A DNA stretch of 64,000 bases from Verrucomicrobiia bacterium (GTDB lineage: Bacteria > Desulfobacterota > Binatia > UBA9968): positions 9,573 through 73,572 of the forward strand of contig DATJFG010000050.1 in assembly GCA_035495775.1 (NCBI GenBank). The letters are read 5' to 3'. Positions 31,110-40,187 of the stretch are shown one piece after another (position 1 is the stretch's first letter; each line of letters begins with the position of its first letter). The notes beneath the pieces are model-generated. The model had not been told where the DNA came from and made no database searches. It saw nothing but the letters and a program-made list of their open reading frames with translations. The translations under genes and the position numbers were made by a program.

Positions 31110-31477
31110 GTCGTTACGAGCGCCTCAACGATCTCGCGTGGGAGGAGCGCTTTCGACTGCGCTGGCAGTTAGTCCTCATGGTTTGCGCTTTCTGTTCCTT
31201 CGCGGCTCTTTTCCTTTTCTTTATGCCGGACAGTGTTGATGAGGTTTCAGGGACGATCATCACTCAACACGCGGAATCAGATGACCAGGGAGTAGTAAGA
31301 CGCTATTTAATTGTACGGCTAGATACAGGAGATACCGTGAATGCTTTTTACAACGGTGATGCTGCTTTCAAAACCGGACGTCGGATTGTCGTCACAGTGA
31401 CAACAACAAAACCGTTCGGTTATAAACGATACAAGTTCGGTCGATACCTTGAACGGGATGAAGCAAATAAGCGGTAA
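31106..31477 (+). CDS. Hypothetical small membrane-anchored protein (low-GC islet)
   Basis: 123 aa with one N-terminal TM helix (WQLVLMVCAFCSFAALFLFF) and no recognisable domain. ATGA overlap with the NUDIX gene. Visibly lower GC than its flanks. Confidence 0.45.
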   Translation: MSRYERLNDLAWEERFRLRWQLVLMVCAFCSFAALFLFFMPDSVDEVSGTIITQHAESDDQGVVRRYLIVRLDTGDTVNAFYNGDAAFKTGRRIVVTVTTTKPFGYKRYKFGRYLERDEANKR

Positions 31478-31489
31478 GGAGCCAGTAAA

Positions 31490-32392
31490 ATGAAGCTAAC
31501 GCCTTTGGTGGCCATGTACGGTAAGCTCGAAGGCGAGGACGGGAGAAAGTTCGCGCGCGAGATATCGCCTCATCTCGGAATCGAGGCGGGGATTTACAAA
31601 AAGTTCGGCCTCGACTTGCAGTGGCAGCACGTCCAGGGAACCGAAGAGCGCTATCGTCGCCTCGCGTCCGGCGCGGCGGACGTCTCGTTCGTCGTCGGCC
31701 GCCAGTCGCTCAAGCACTTCGTGCAATCGCGGACCTCGGTTATCGTTGGGTCGCCGCTGAATAGCTGCCCGTATCATCTCCTCGCCGCGCCGGAGCTAAA
31801 GACCATCAGGGATCTCAAGGGAAAAACGATCGCATGCCGTGAGGAGCCGGCGCGCAACGCGCCGATCGGCCGCGTGCTGAAGGAAACCGCCGGACTCGAA
31901 TTGAATCAGGACGTTAAGCTCACGCTGCTCCCCGGCGATCTGGACGCGTACGAGTCGCTCATCGCCGGACGGGCCGAGGCCGCGCTCGTTCCGCGGCAGT
32001 TCGGTTTCGTCGCGGAGGAAAAGGGTTTCCATCGGCTCGACTGCCCCGATGTCGTCGACGATCCGCTGCCGATCACCGTCGAGACTACGAAGGATATTCT
32101 CGCGAAGAAATCGAAAGAGATCGCCGCGTTTTTGCAGGCGCACGCCGATTCCGTGCGTTATTTGAAAACTCATCGCGCCGAGGCTATCCGCGTCCTCGGC
32201 GAGAAACTCGGCCAGTCGCCGTTGCTCGCTGCCAAAACCTTCGACGTCTATTTCACGCTGCTCGACAATTCACTGAAAATCGACATGCGGCATCTAAAAA
32301 ATCTCATGGCGCAGGTCGCGCCCGATTATCCCGGCGGCGCCCAACAGTTGGCTAAAGATTGGCTGGCCCCTGACGTTCTTAAGGCTAGCTGA
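31490..32392 (+). CDS. Cytoplasmic NMT1/THI5-like (SsuA-fold) protein without signal peptide
   Basis: 300 aa, same fold family as 25943-26836. No signal peptide. Confidence 0.6.
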   Translation: MKLTPLVAMYGKLEGEDGRKFAREISPHLGIEAGIYKKFGLDLQWQHVQGTEERYRRLASGAADVSFVVGRQSLKHFVQSRTSVIVGSPLNSCPYHLLAAPELKTIRDLKGKTIACREEPARNAPIGRVLKETAGLELNQDVKLTLLPGDLDAYESLIAGRAEAALVPRQFGFVAEEKGFHRLDCPDVVDDPLPITVETTKDILAKKSKEIAAFLQAHADSVRYLKTHRAEAIRVLGEKLGQSPLLAAKTFDVYFTLLDNSLKIDMRHLKNLMAQVAPDYPGGAQQLAKDWLAPDVLKAS

Positions 32393-32432
32393 CTTGACAG
32401 TCTTCGGCGCTTGTCTTAAGGATGCCGATGTG

Positions 32433-33419
32433 AAGCTTCGCGCCACAATCTTTTTGTTGTTTTCGTTTGCAGTCGCCGCGTCAGCGTCCGCCCAGGAAAA
32501 AAAATTAGAGAGAATCCGCGTCGGCGGCGGCTCGGCCTCGGCGACACAGATGTCGATGTGGCTCGCGAAGGAGGCGGGGCTCTACGAAAAGAACGGGCTT
32601 TCCGTCGAGGCGATCAGTATCCCCGGCAGCTCGCTCGCGCTTCAGGCGATGCTTGCCGGAGAGGTGCCGATCATTCAGCTCGGCGGCGGCGCGTCGATTG
32701 CGGCCAATTTCTCCGGCGCCGATGCGGTGATCATCGCAACCATCGTGCGCAAGTTCCTGTTTTCGATTTTCGCGCGTCCCGGTATCGAGCGCATGGAAGA
32801 TCTGCGCGGCAAGGTTTTCGGCGCGACCCGCTTCGGCACGCTCTCCGATTTAGCCTCGCGGTTCGCGCTCCGCGTCCACGGCATCGATCCCGACCGGGAT
32901 ATCACGATGGTGCAGACCGGGGGGCCGAGCGAAACCGTGACGGCCATGGCCGCCGGCAAAGTCCAGGCGGCGGCGATCAGCCCGCCCGCGACGCTCCAGG
33001 CGCGGAAGCTCAAGCTCAAAGAAATTCTCGATCTCTCCAAGCTCGACGTGGAGTATCACGTGAATGGCGTCGTGACGAGCCGCAGTTATCTGCGCGCGCA
33101 TGAGGATATCGTCCGGCGCTTTCTCCGCGCCTACATCGAAGGCGCCGCCCGCGGTCAAAAAGACAAGGCCTTCGCCATGAAGGCAATGGGCAAATATTTT
33201 CGCACCGACGATAAAGAAGTCCTGGAAGAAACCTACGAGAGCGTCATCAAGGCTTTCTCCATCCCGCCGTATCCCTCGATCCGCGGCATAGCGAATCTGC
33301 TGCAGGATTTAGAGAAGCAAAATCCCAAGGCGAAAGGCGCGAAACCCGAAGAATTTTCCGACAGCCGTCTGGTCCGGGAGCTCGACCAGAGCGGCTTCAT
33401 CAAGTCGGTGCTGCAGTAG
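32433..33419 (+). CDS. NMT1/SsuA-like ABC substrate-binding protein with signal peptide
   Basis: Classical signal peptide MKLRATIFLLFSFAVAASASA-Q if started at GTG 32433 (AAGGA Shine-Dalgarno 9 nt upstream). The track ORF begins at TTG 32394. Confidence 0.6.
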   Translation, partial: KLRATIFLLFSFAVAASASAQEKKLERIRVGGGSASATQMSMWLAKEAGLYEKNGLSVEAISIPGSSLALQAMLAGEVPIIQLGGGASIAANFSGADAVIIATIVRKFLFSIFARPGIERMEDLRGKVFGATRFGTLSDLASRFALRVHGIDPDRDITMVQTGGPSETVTAMAAGKVQAAAISPPATLQARKLKLKEILDLSKLDVEYHVNGVVTSRSYLRAHEDIVRRFLRAYIEGAARGQKDKAFAMKAMGKYFRTDDKEVLEETYESVIKAFSIPPYPSIRGIANLLQDLEKQNPKAKGAKPEEFSDSRLVRELDQSGFIKSVLQ

Positions 33420-33421
33420 CG

Positions 33422-34495
33422 CTACAGCGCGTAAAATCTTTTCGGATTATCGTAGAGAATTTTCTTTTTCGCCGGGCCGCTCAAGTCCTTGCGCGCGGCG
33501 AATTCGCGCACGAGCAGATTCAAATCCGTCTTGGTCGCCTCGTGCGGGAAATCCGACGCCCATAAAAGGCACGAATCGCCGAGCAGCTCGACGTCGCGCT
33601 CGACCGTCATTTCTTCGCCGCACTGAAAATAAAGCTGCCGGCGCGCGAGCAGAACGCTCGGTAAAACGGGCCGCTCCTTGGGCGGTATCCGCTCTAGGCG
33701 CTCCTCGATCTTGCTGATGAGATAGGGGACCCATCCGCACCCCGCTTCGAGAAAGCCCAACCTCAGGCGCTTTAAGTTCTTCATCAATCCCGAGATCATG
33801 ATGTTCGTGAACTGGCGCATCTGCGGGATGACGTGCGCGAGCGCCGCGACCTCGTTCGGCTCCAGAAAGCGGTCGTTGTCTCTGAGCGAGGTGCAGGAAT
33901 GTATCGACAGCGCGCAGCCGAGCCGGTCGGCCTCCTGGAAAATCGCTCGGTACTCGGGATGCCCGAGCGGCCGCGGCAGTCCTTCCGCAGGCAGGATGCC
34001 GCCGACCATGCCGTACTGCTTGACCGCCCGCCGGAGCTCTTTGACGGCGGCTTGCGTATCCTGGAGCGGCAGCAGCGCCATGCCGCGGAAGCGCCGGTCG
34101 CGCGTGAGAAAACGATCGTGCAGAAAATCATTGTAAGCGCGGCACAGCTCGACGGCGTACTTGGGATTGCCGATCTGGCCGATGTGCATGAAGCGCGTCG
34201 GATACAAGATCGTGAGATCGATCTTTCCCTCGTCCAGCTTCTGGGCCCATTCGCGCCAGTCCGGCACGCGGAAGTCCTGATGCCGGTAATCGTTCGCGGG
34301 AATCGAGCGGTGCCACCCGTGATGCGGCACGAGCGGAAAGTAGAGCATCGCGGCGCGCCGCGAGCGGTAGCCCGGCGACATGTACTCGATGATCTCTTTG
34401 TCGGTCTCACGCACGTGGCCGTCGGCGTCGATGACGCGAGCCGGCCTGCCGTTCGCCGCATGCCGTCTGCCGTGTCTGCCGTCTTTCATGGCCAA
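33422..34495 (-). CDS. Amidohydrolase-2 family (TIM-barrel metal-dependent hydrolase, ACMSD-like) protein
   Basis: 357 aa. His/Asp metal-ligand pattern (DADGHV ... HSCTS ... WASDFPH) typical of PF04909. Confidence 0.7.
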   Translation of the reverse strand: MAMKDGRHGRRHAANGRPARVIDADGHVRETDKEIIEYMSPGYRSRRAAMLYFPLVPHHGWHRSIPANDYRHQDFRVPDWREWAQKLDEGKIDLTILYPTRFMHIGQIGNPKYAVELCRAYNDFLHDRFLTRDRRFRGMALLPLQDTQAAVKELRRAVKQYGMVGGILPAEGLPRPLGHPEYRAIFQEADRLGCALSIHSCTSLRDNDRFLEPNEVAALAHVIPQMRQFTNIMISGLMKNLKRLRLGFLEAGCGWVPYLISKIEERLERIPPKERPVLPSVLLARRQLYFQCGEEMTVERDVELLGDSCLLWASDFPHEATKTDLNLLVREFAARKDLSGPAKKKILYDNPKRFYAL

Positions 34496-34618
34496 CTCCT
34501 TAAAATTGATTTTCTGTCACAGCCCCTCGCGTCTTGTCAATGCGCCGGAACGCTTGGTTGACAGCCGTTCGTTCGTGCGGCTATACCGAGAGAGCGCGAG
34601 GTTTCCGCGGAGGTCGCC

Positions 34619-36316
34619 ATGGTCGATGTTCTGATTAAAAACGCGCGAATCGTGGACGGCAGCGGCATGCCTTCGTTCGTCGGCGATGTCGCCGTCTCCG
34701 GCGGGAAGATCGCCGAGGTCGGACGGATCAAAGACGCCGGCCGGCGCACCGTCGACGCGGACGGCCTCGCGCTGGCTCCCGGGTTTATCGACTTTCACAC
34801 GCATCTCGACGCCCAGCTTCTCTGGGATCCGATCGCCACATCTTCCTGCTGGCACGGGATCACGACGGTCATTCCCGGCAACTGCGGCCTCACGCTCGCC
34901 CCCTCGCGCCCGCAGGACCGCGACGGCATTCTCGACAGCTTCGTCCGCGTCGAGGCGATGCCGATGAATGTTCTCAAGCAAGCCGTAACCTGGGAATGGG
35001 AGAGCTTCAGCGAATACCTGAACCGGCTCGACGGCCGCATCGGCGTCAACGTCGCCTCGCTCGTCGGCCACTGCGCACTGAGGCAATACGTCATGGGCGA
35101 GGCATCGTGCGAGCGCGCCGCGACGCCCGACGAGATCACGCGCATGAAGCAGGTGCTCAAAGAGAGCATCCTTGCCGGCGCGATGGGTTTTTCGACCAAT
35201 CGCAATCCTGTTCATATGCGCACCGACGGCCGACCCGTCGCGAGCCGGCTTGCCGACGACCATGAGCTGCTCGAGCTCGCCGGCGTGCTCGGCGATTTGA
35301 ACCGCGGCACGGTGCAGGTCTCGATCGGCACGCTCGGTATCGCGGTGCCGCCGAAACAAGGCGTCGATTTGTTCGATCGCCTGGCGGCGCGTGGCCGGCC
35401 GGTCGTCTGGCAGTCGATCGCGCACCGCTGGGACGAGCCGGAGCAGTGGCGCGAGCTGCTCGACCTCGCGGAAAAAAGTCTCGCCGCGGGCTTGCCGTCG
35501 TATCCGCTTTGTAACGCGCGACTTTTCAATAACCGCTTCAATTTGAAGAACGCGCAGGTCTTCGACGATCTCCCGACGTGGAAGCAGATTCTTTTTACGC
35601 CGCTCGAGCAGCGGATGGAGATTTTTCGCGATCCCGCCGCGCGGCGGAAGCTCCACGCTGAGGCGGTCGAGGGCGGCTTTCGCTCGCGTTTTTCGCGCCG
35701 CTGGGACCTCGTCTATATGATCAAAGCCGCCACGGACAAAAACAAGCCGCTCGAACGAAAGAGCGTGGCCGAGATCGCCGCCATGCAAAACAAAAACATG
35801 CTCGACGCGTTCCTCGATCTCTCGCTCGAAGAAAATCTCGAGACGGTGTTTCAGACGTCCAGCAACAACGGCGATGAGAAAGCCGTCGCGGAGATTCTCA
35901 AAAGCCCTTATACGCTGGTCGGCCAGTCCGACGCCGGCGCCCATCTCATCTATGATGCGGGATATGGGTACGCCACGCGCTTTCTTGGCCACTGGATTCG
36001 CGACCGCAAGATCATGAGCCTCGAAGAGGGCGTACGGAAGCTCACCTTCATGGTCGCGTCGATTTACGGCCTGAACGATCGCGGCCTCATCCGCCCCGGC
36101 ATGGCCGCCGACCTCGTGCTGTTCAATCCCGACGAGGTGGGCGATTGCGAGCCGGAGGCGGTCAGTGATCTGCCCGGCGGTGAGAAGCGGCTCGTGCAAA
36201 AAGCCAAAGGCATTCAGATGACGATCGTGAATGGCCAGGTGCTGACGGAAGAGGGACGACATACGGGAACTTTGCCGGGGCGCGTCCTCGGCAGGGCCGA
36301 GCGGCCCATCGGATAG
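34619..36316 (+). CDS. N-acyl-D-amino-acid deacylase (D-aminoacylase) family amidohydrolase
   Basis: 565 aa with N-terminal DGSG...GFIDFHTHLD pattern and full-length similarity to D-aminoacylases. Confidence 0.75.
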   Translation: MVDVLIKNARIVDGSGMPSFVGDVAVSGGKIAEVGRIKDAGRRTVDADGLALAPGFIDFHTHLDAQLLWDPIATSSCWHGITTVIPGNCGLTLAPSRPQDRDGILDSFVRVEAMPMNVLKQAVTWEWESFSEYLNRLDGRIGVNVASLVGHCALRQYVMGEASCERAATPDEITRMKQVLKESILAGAMGFSTNRNPVHMRTDGRPVASRLADDHELLELAGVLGDLNRGTVQVSIGTLGIAVPPKQGVDLFDRLAARGRPVVWQSIAHRWDEPEQWRELLDLAEKSLAAGLPSYPLCNARLFNNRFNLKNAQVFDDLPTWKQILFTPLEQRMEIFRDPAARRKLHAEAVEGGFRSRFSRRWDLVYMIKAATDKNKPLERKSVAEIAAMQNKNMLDAFLDLSLEENLETVFQTSSNNGDEKAVAEILKSPYTLVGQSDAGAHLIYDAGYGYATRFLGHWIRDRKIMSLEEGVRKLTFMVASIYGLNDRGLIRPGMAADLVLFNPDEVGDCEPEAVSDLPGGEKRLVQKAKGIQMTIVNGQVLTEEGRHTGTLPGRVLGRAERPIG

Positions 36317-36321
36317 CGGAT

Positions 36322-37044
36322 ATGTACTACGGAGAAAAAGGCATCGTCGGTCTCGTGAAGCCCACCTACCGCCCGGGCTCGATGGAGAGCTTCATCAAGC
36401 TCATGCCGGAGGGCGTCGGCTTCATTCCCTTCCATGTCGGCATCCGCGCCGGCAACGAGAAGGAGTTTCAAGAGGCGCTCGCGGTCGCCGAAAAAAAAGT
36501 CGCCAAGCTCGCTGAGCTCGGCGCCGACGTCGTCATGATCATGGGCGCGCCGCCTGCGATGGTGCGCGGTCACGGCGCGGACCGCGCGATCGCCGACGAG
36601 CTCACCAAAAAGTACGGCGTACCGGTCCTAATCGCAACGATCGCGCAGGTCCAGGCGTTCCGCGCCCTCGGCATCAAGAAGCTCGTCGGCATCACCTACT
36701 TCCAGGATGATATGAACCGTAGGTTCGCCAAATTCCTGGAGGACGACGGCTTCCAAGTCGCGGCAATGAAAGGCATCGAGGTGCCGTTCAAGGATGCCGG
36801 CAAGCTGCCGGCTGAAGAGATATATAACTTCGCGAAGAAAATTTTCCTCGAATACGGCCCGGCCGACGGCATCTATATGCTCGGCGCGGGTTGGCACAAT
36901 CTGCCGGTCATCGAAGCGCTGGAGCGGGATTTAAACACCAACGTCGTGTCGAGCATCCCGGCGCAGGTCTGGGCGACGAAAAAGCAGCTGAACCTTCGCG
37001 AGCCGGTCAGAGGCTACGGCCGCCTGCTCGCGGAGATGCCATAG
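36322..37044 (+). CDS. Asp/Glu/hydantoin racemase family protein (maleate isomerase/arylmalonate decarboxylase-like)
   Basis: 240 aa. Family-typical size and conserved segments (VGLVKPTYRPG, VVMIMGAPP, IYMLGAGWHNLPVIEALE). Confidence 0.7.
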   Translation: MYYGEKGIVGLVKPTYRPGSMESFIKLMPEGVGFIPFHVGIRAGNEKEFQEALAVAEKKVAKLAELGADVVMIMGAPPAMVRGHGADRAIADELTKKYGVPVLIATIAQVQAFRALGIKKLVGITYFQDDMNRRFAKFLEDDGFQVAAMKGIEVPFKDAGKLPAEEIYNFAKKIFLEYGPADGIYMLGAGWHNLPVIEALERDLNTNVVSSIPAQVWATKKQLNLREPVRGYGRLLAEMP

Positions 37045-37053
37045 AGGAGAACG

Positions 37054-38058
37054 ATGAGAAGGCGGATTTTTTTCGCGGCGGTTTTTTCTTTGTGTTTTCT
37101 GCCGCTGCTTGCCGGCGCGGCGGAAGTGCGGGACAAAGCCGAGTCCGAAGGCAAAGTCACCCTTTACGCCTCGATGACCGCCACCGACGCCAAGGCGCTG
37201 GTGGACGGCTTCAAGCAGGTCTATCCGAAAATCGACGCCGAGTTTTACCGCACGAGCGATTCGCAGCTGATGGAGAAAATATTAACCGAAGGCCGCGCGG
37301 GACGGCCGCTCTGGGACGTCGTCAGCGAGACCGGCTACTTCGGCCATCTGCTGAAAAAGCGCGGTATGCTCGTCGCCTACGACTCGCCGGAGAGGAAATT
37401 CTATCGCGACGCATACAAAGACCCGCAGGCCCTCTGGACGTCGATCTATACAACGTACGCGGTGTTCGGCTACAACACGAAGCTCATTCCTAAAACCAGC
37501 GTGCCGAAAACCTACGACGACCTGCTCAAGCCGGAATGGAAAGGGCAGATCGGCATCGAGGGGCGCGCGTTCGAATGGTTCGCGACCACGATGAGAAGCA
37601 TGGGTGGCGAGGAGAAGGGGCTTGCGTTCATGCGCCGCCTGGCGCAGCAGCAGCTGCAGCCCCGTCCCGGCCGCACGCTCGTCGCGCAACTCGTCGCGGC
37701 GGGAGAACATAGAGGCTCGGTCTCGGTCTATTCCCAGAGTTACGAAATCCTGAAGCAGAACGGCGCGCCGGTCGATTGGGTCCCGCTCGATCCGGTTTAC
37801 GCGAGCATCCATCCAACCGGCATCAATGCCAAGGCGCCGCATCCCAACGCGGCGCGCCTGTTGATGGACTTTATCCTTTCCAAAAAGGGTCAGGAGATCC
37901 TGCGCGCGGCGCGGCGCATTCCCGACCGCATCGATACGCCGCCCGACCCACCGCGCCTCATCGAGGGCATCCGGCCGGCGGTGACGAGCGCTGAGGTGTA
38001 CGACAACTTCGATCGATATATCAAACTGTACGACGAGACATTCAAGTTCCCCAAGTAA
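37054..38058 (+). CDS. Fe3+/FbpA-type ABC transporter substrate-binding protein, signal peptide
   Basis: 334 aa with signal peptide. FbpA/AfuA-like fold signature (VTLYASM..., paired Tyr ligands). Confidence 0.65.
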   Translation: MRRRIFFAAVFSLCFLPLLAGAAEVRDKAESEGKVTLYASMTATDAKALVDGFKQVYPKIDAEFYRTSDSQLMEKILTEGRAGRPLWDVVSETGYFGHLLKKRGMLVAYDSPERKFYRDAYKDPQALWTSIYTTYAVFGYNTKLIPKTSVPKTYDDLLKPEWKGQIGIEGRAFEWFATTMRSMGGEEKGLAFMRRLAQQQLQPRPGRTLVAQLVAAGEHRGSVSVYSQSYEILKQNGAPVDWVPLDPVYASIHPTGINAKAPHPNAARLLMDFILSKKGQEILRAARRIPDRIDTPPDPPRLIEGIRPAVTSAEVYDNFDRYIKLYDETFKFPK

Positions 38059-38061
38059 TCC

Positions 38062-38901
38062 ATGCGCGTAGTCATTCACGGCCTGACCAAGACCTACACG
38101 ACGGGCCGCCGCGGCGAGAAAAAGGTCCGAGCCCTTGGCGGAGTTGATCTCGAGGTGCGGGACCGAGAGTTCTTCGGCGTGATCGGTCCGACGGGATGCG
38201 GCAAGACGACGCTGCTCCACGTTCTCGCCGGCCTCGAAAAGGCGACGGCCGGAAGCGTGGAGTTCGTCGGCGAAAAGCATACCGAGGCGATGGTCTCGAT
38301 GGTTTTTCAGGACGCGGCGTTGATGCCGTGGCGCACGGTGTCGAATAACGTGCCGCTCGGTCCCGAGTTCCGCAAGCAGCCTGAGCCGATTTACAAGCGC
38401 GTGAGCCAGTTCTTCCTCGAAATGGTCCGCATCGTCGACTTCAGCGGAGCCCATCCCGGCGAGCTATCCGGCGGCATGAAGCAAAAAGTCGCGATCGCCC
38501 GCGCGCTCGCCAACGATCCCGAAGTGATCGTCATGGACGAGCCGTTCGCCAATCTCGACGCGCAGACGCGGCTGTTACTCCGCGAGGAGCTGCTGACGAT
38601 CTGGGAGAAGCACAAAAAGACGGTCATCCTCGTGACGCACAATATCGAGGAGGCGGTCATGCTCTGCGACCGCGTCGCCGTCATGAGCGCCGCGCCAGGC
38701 GTGGTGAAAAGCGTCGTGACGATCGATCTGCCGCGGCCGCGAGGCATTAAAAGCATGTCCGATCCCGACTTCATCCGCTGTCTGGAAAAGATCTGGGATC
38801 TTTTGCGCACCGAAGTCGACCGCGCCATGCGCGAGAATCATCACTCCGGTCCGCCGGAGGAGGCGCCGCCGCGGCGAAAGTCGATTTTCGACTGGTGGTA
38901 A
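38062..38901 (+). CDS. ABC transporter ATP-binding protein (NitT/TauT-SsuB-like), no adjacent permease
   Basis: Walker A GPTGCGKTT, signature LSGGMKQKVAIARAL and Walker B VIVMDEPF. Confidence 0.85.
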   Translation: MRVVIHGLTKTYTTGRRGEKKVRALGGVDLEVRDREFFGVIGPTGCGKTTLLHVLAGLEKATAGSVEFVGEKHTEAMVSMVFQDAALMPWRTVSNNVPLGPEFRKQPEPIYKRVSQFFLEMVRIVDFSGAHPGELSGGMKQKVAIARALANDPEVIVMDEPFANLDAQTRLLLREELLTIWEKHKKTVILVTHNIEEAVMLCDRVAVMSAAPGVVKSVVTIDLPRPRGIKSMSDPDFIRCLEKIWDLLRTEVDRAMRENHHSGPPEEAPPRRKSIFDWW

Positions 38902-38960
38902 AAAATCGTTTCGAGTTTCAGTTTTCGGGTTTCGAGTGAGACCAAGTCGGGAGAATAAAC

Positions 38961-40172
38961 ATGGCGGAAAGAATTTTGAAGGTCGCGGTCGCCGGTCTCG
39001 GCGTCGGCAGTACGCAGATCATTCCGGCGATGGGGCAGATGCCGGGCATGAAGCTCGTTGCCGCGGCGGACTTTCGCAAAGACGCGCTCGAGGTATTTCG
39101 GCAGAAGTACGGCGGCCGCACCTATGACAGCGTCGAGAAGCTCTGCGAAGACCCCGAGGTCGAGGCGGTCTGGATCTCGACGCCGAACCAGTTCCACTGC
39201 GAGCACGTCATCACGGCGGCGGAGCATGGAAAGCACGCCGTCGTGGAAAAGCCTATGGCGCTCTCGATCGCGGAATGCGAGAAGATGGTCGCCGCCGTGG
39301 AGAAAAATCGCGTCAAGCTTCTTTGCGGCCATACGCAGAGCTTTAATCCTGCGATCCGCGCCATGCGTCGCGCGATCAAGTCCGGCGAGCTCGGGCCTCT
39401 GCGCGCGCTCCATACCTGGATGTTCACCGACTGGATGCTGCGCCCGCGCATGCCGCAGGAGCTCGACTTAAGGCTCGGCGGCGGTGTCGTCTATCGCCAG
39501 GGTCCGCATCAGATCGACACCGTGCGCCTGCTCGGCGGCGGCCTGGTGCGGAGCGTCCGCGCCGTCACGGGACAATGGATGCCGGAGCGGCCGGCGCCGG
39601 GATATTATTCGGCCCTTCTGGAATTCGAAGACGGTACGCCGGCGAGCGTCGTCTATAACGGATACGGCTATTTCGACACCTCCGAGCTCACCTGGGGCAC
39701 AGGCGAGCGGCATTACAACCAGGAGGAGCGCGTCACGGTCCGGCGCGAGCTGAGGAACAAGACCCTCAACGAGGAACAAGCCAAGGAGGCCATGCGCTTC
39801 GGCGGCAAGCGCGAAGGGGAGTTCTCGCACGGCACGGCGACGCAGGCGGACCGGCAGCGGCGCGGCATTCAGGGCGGCGGCCATTTCTTCGGCATTACGA
39901 TCGCGACGTGCGAGCGCGGCGATATCCGCCAGTCGCCCGAAGGGATTTATCTCTACGGCGATGAAGGGCAGAAAGAACTGCCGGTGAGCGGTCGCAGCGC
40001 CTCGCGCTTTTCCGAATTAAATGAACTGTACGAGGCCGTCGTCCAGGACCGGCCGGTTTATCACGACGGCCGCTGGGGAATGGCGACGCTGGAGGTTTGC
40101 CTTGCGATCATGCAGTCCGCGCGCGAGCGGCGCGAGATTACGCTTACGCATCAGAGCCCGACGACGGATTGA
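38961..40172 (+). CDS. Gfo/Idh/MocA family NAD(P)-dependent oxidoreductase
   Basis: 403 aa with N-terminal Rossmann fold (KVAVAGLGVGS) and EKP motif (VVEKPMALS). Confidence 0.8.
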   Translation: MAERILKVAVAGLGVGSTQIIPAMGQMPGMKLVAAADFRKDALEVFRQKYGGRTYDSVEKLCEDPEVEAVWISTPNQFHCEHVITAAEHGKHAVVEKPMALSIAECEKMVAAVEKNRVKLLCGHTQSFNPAIRAMRRAIKSGELGPLRALHTWMFTDWMLRPRMPQELDLRLGGGVVYRQGPHQIDTVRLLGGGLVRSVRAVTGQWMPERPAPGYYSALLEFEDGTPASVVYNGYGYFDTSELTWGTGERHYNQEERVTVRRELRNKTLNEEQAKEAMRFGGKREGEFSHGTATQADRQRRGIQGGGHFFGITIATCERGDIRQSPEGIYLYGDEGQKELPVSGRSASRFSELNELYEAVVQDRPVYHDGRWGMATLEVCLAIMQSARERREITLTHQSPTTD

Positions 40173-40187
40173 TGCCTGAGCCCGTCG

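Noticed and set aside
38909-38937. Short direct repeat GTTTCGAGT x2 upstream of the Gfo/Idh/MocA gene
   Set aside because: Only two short copies. The likeliest explanation is chance or a minor promoter feature.
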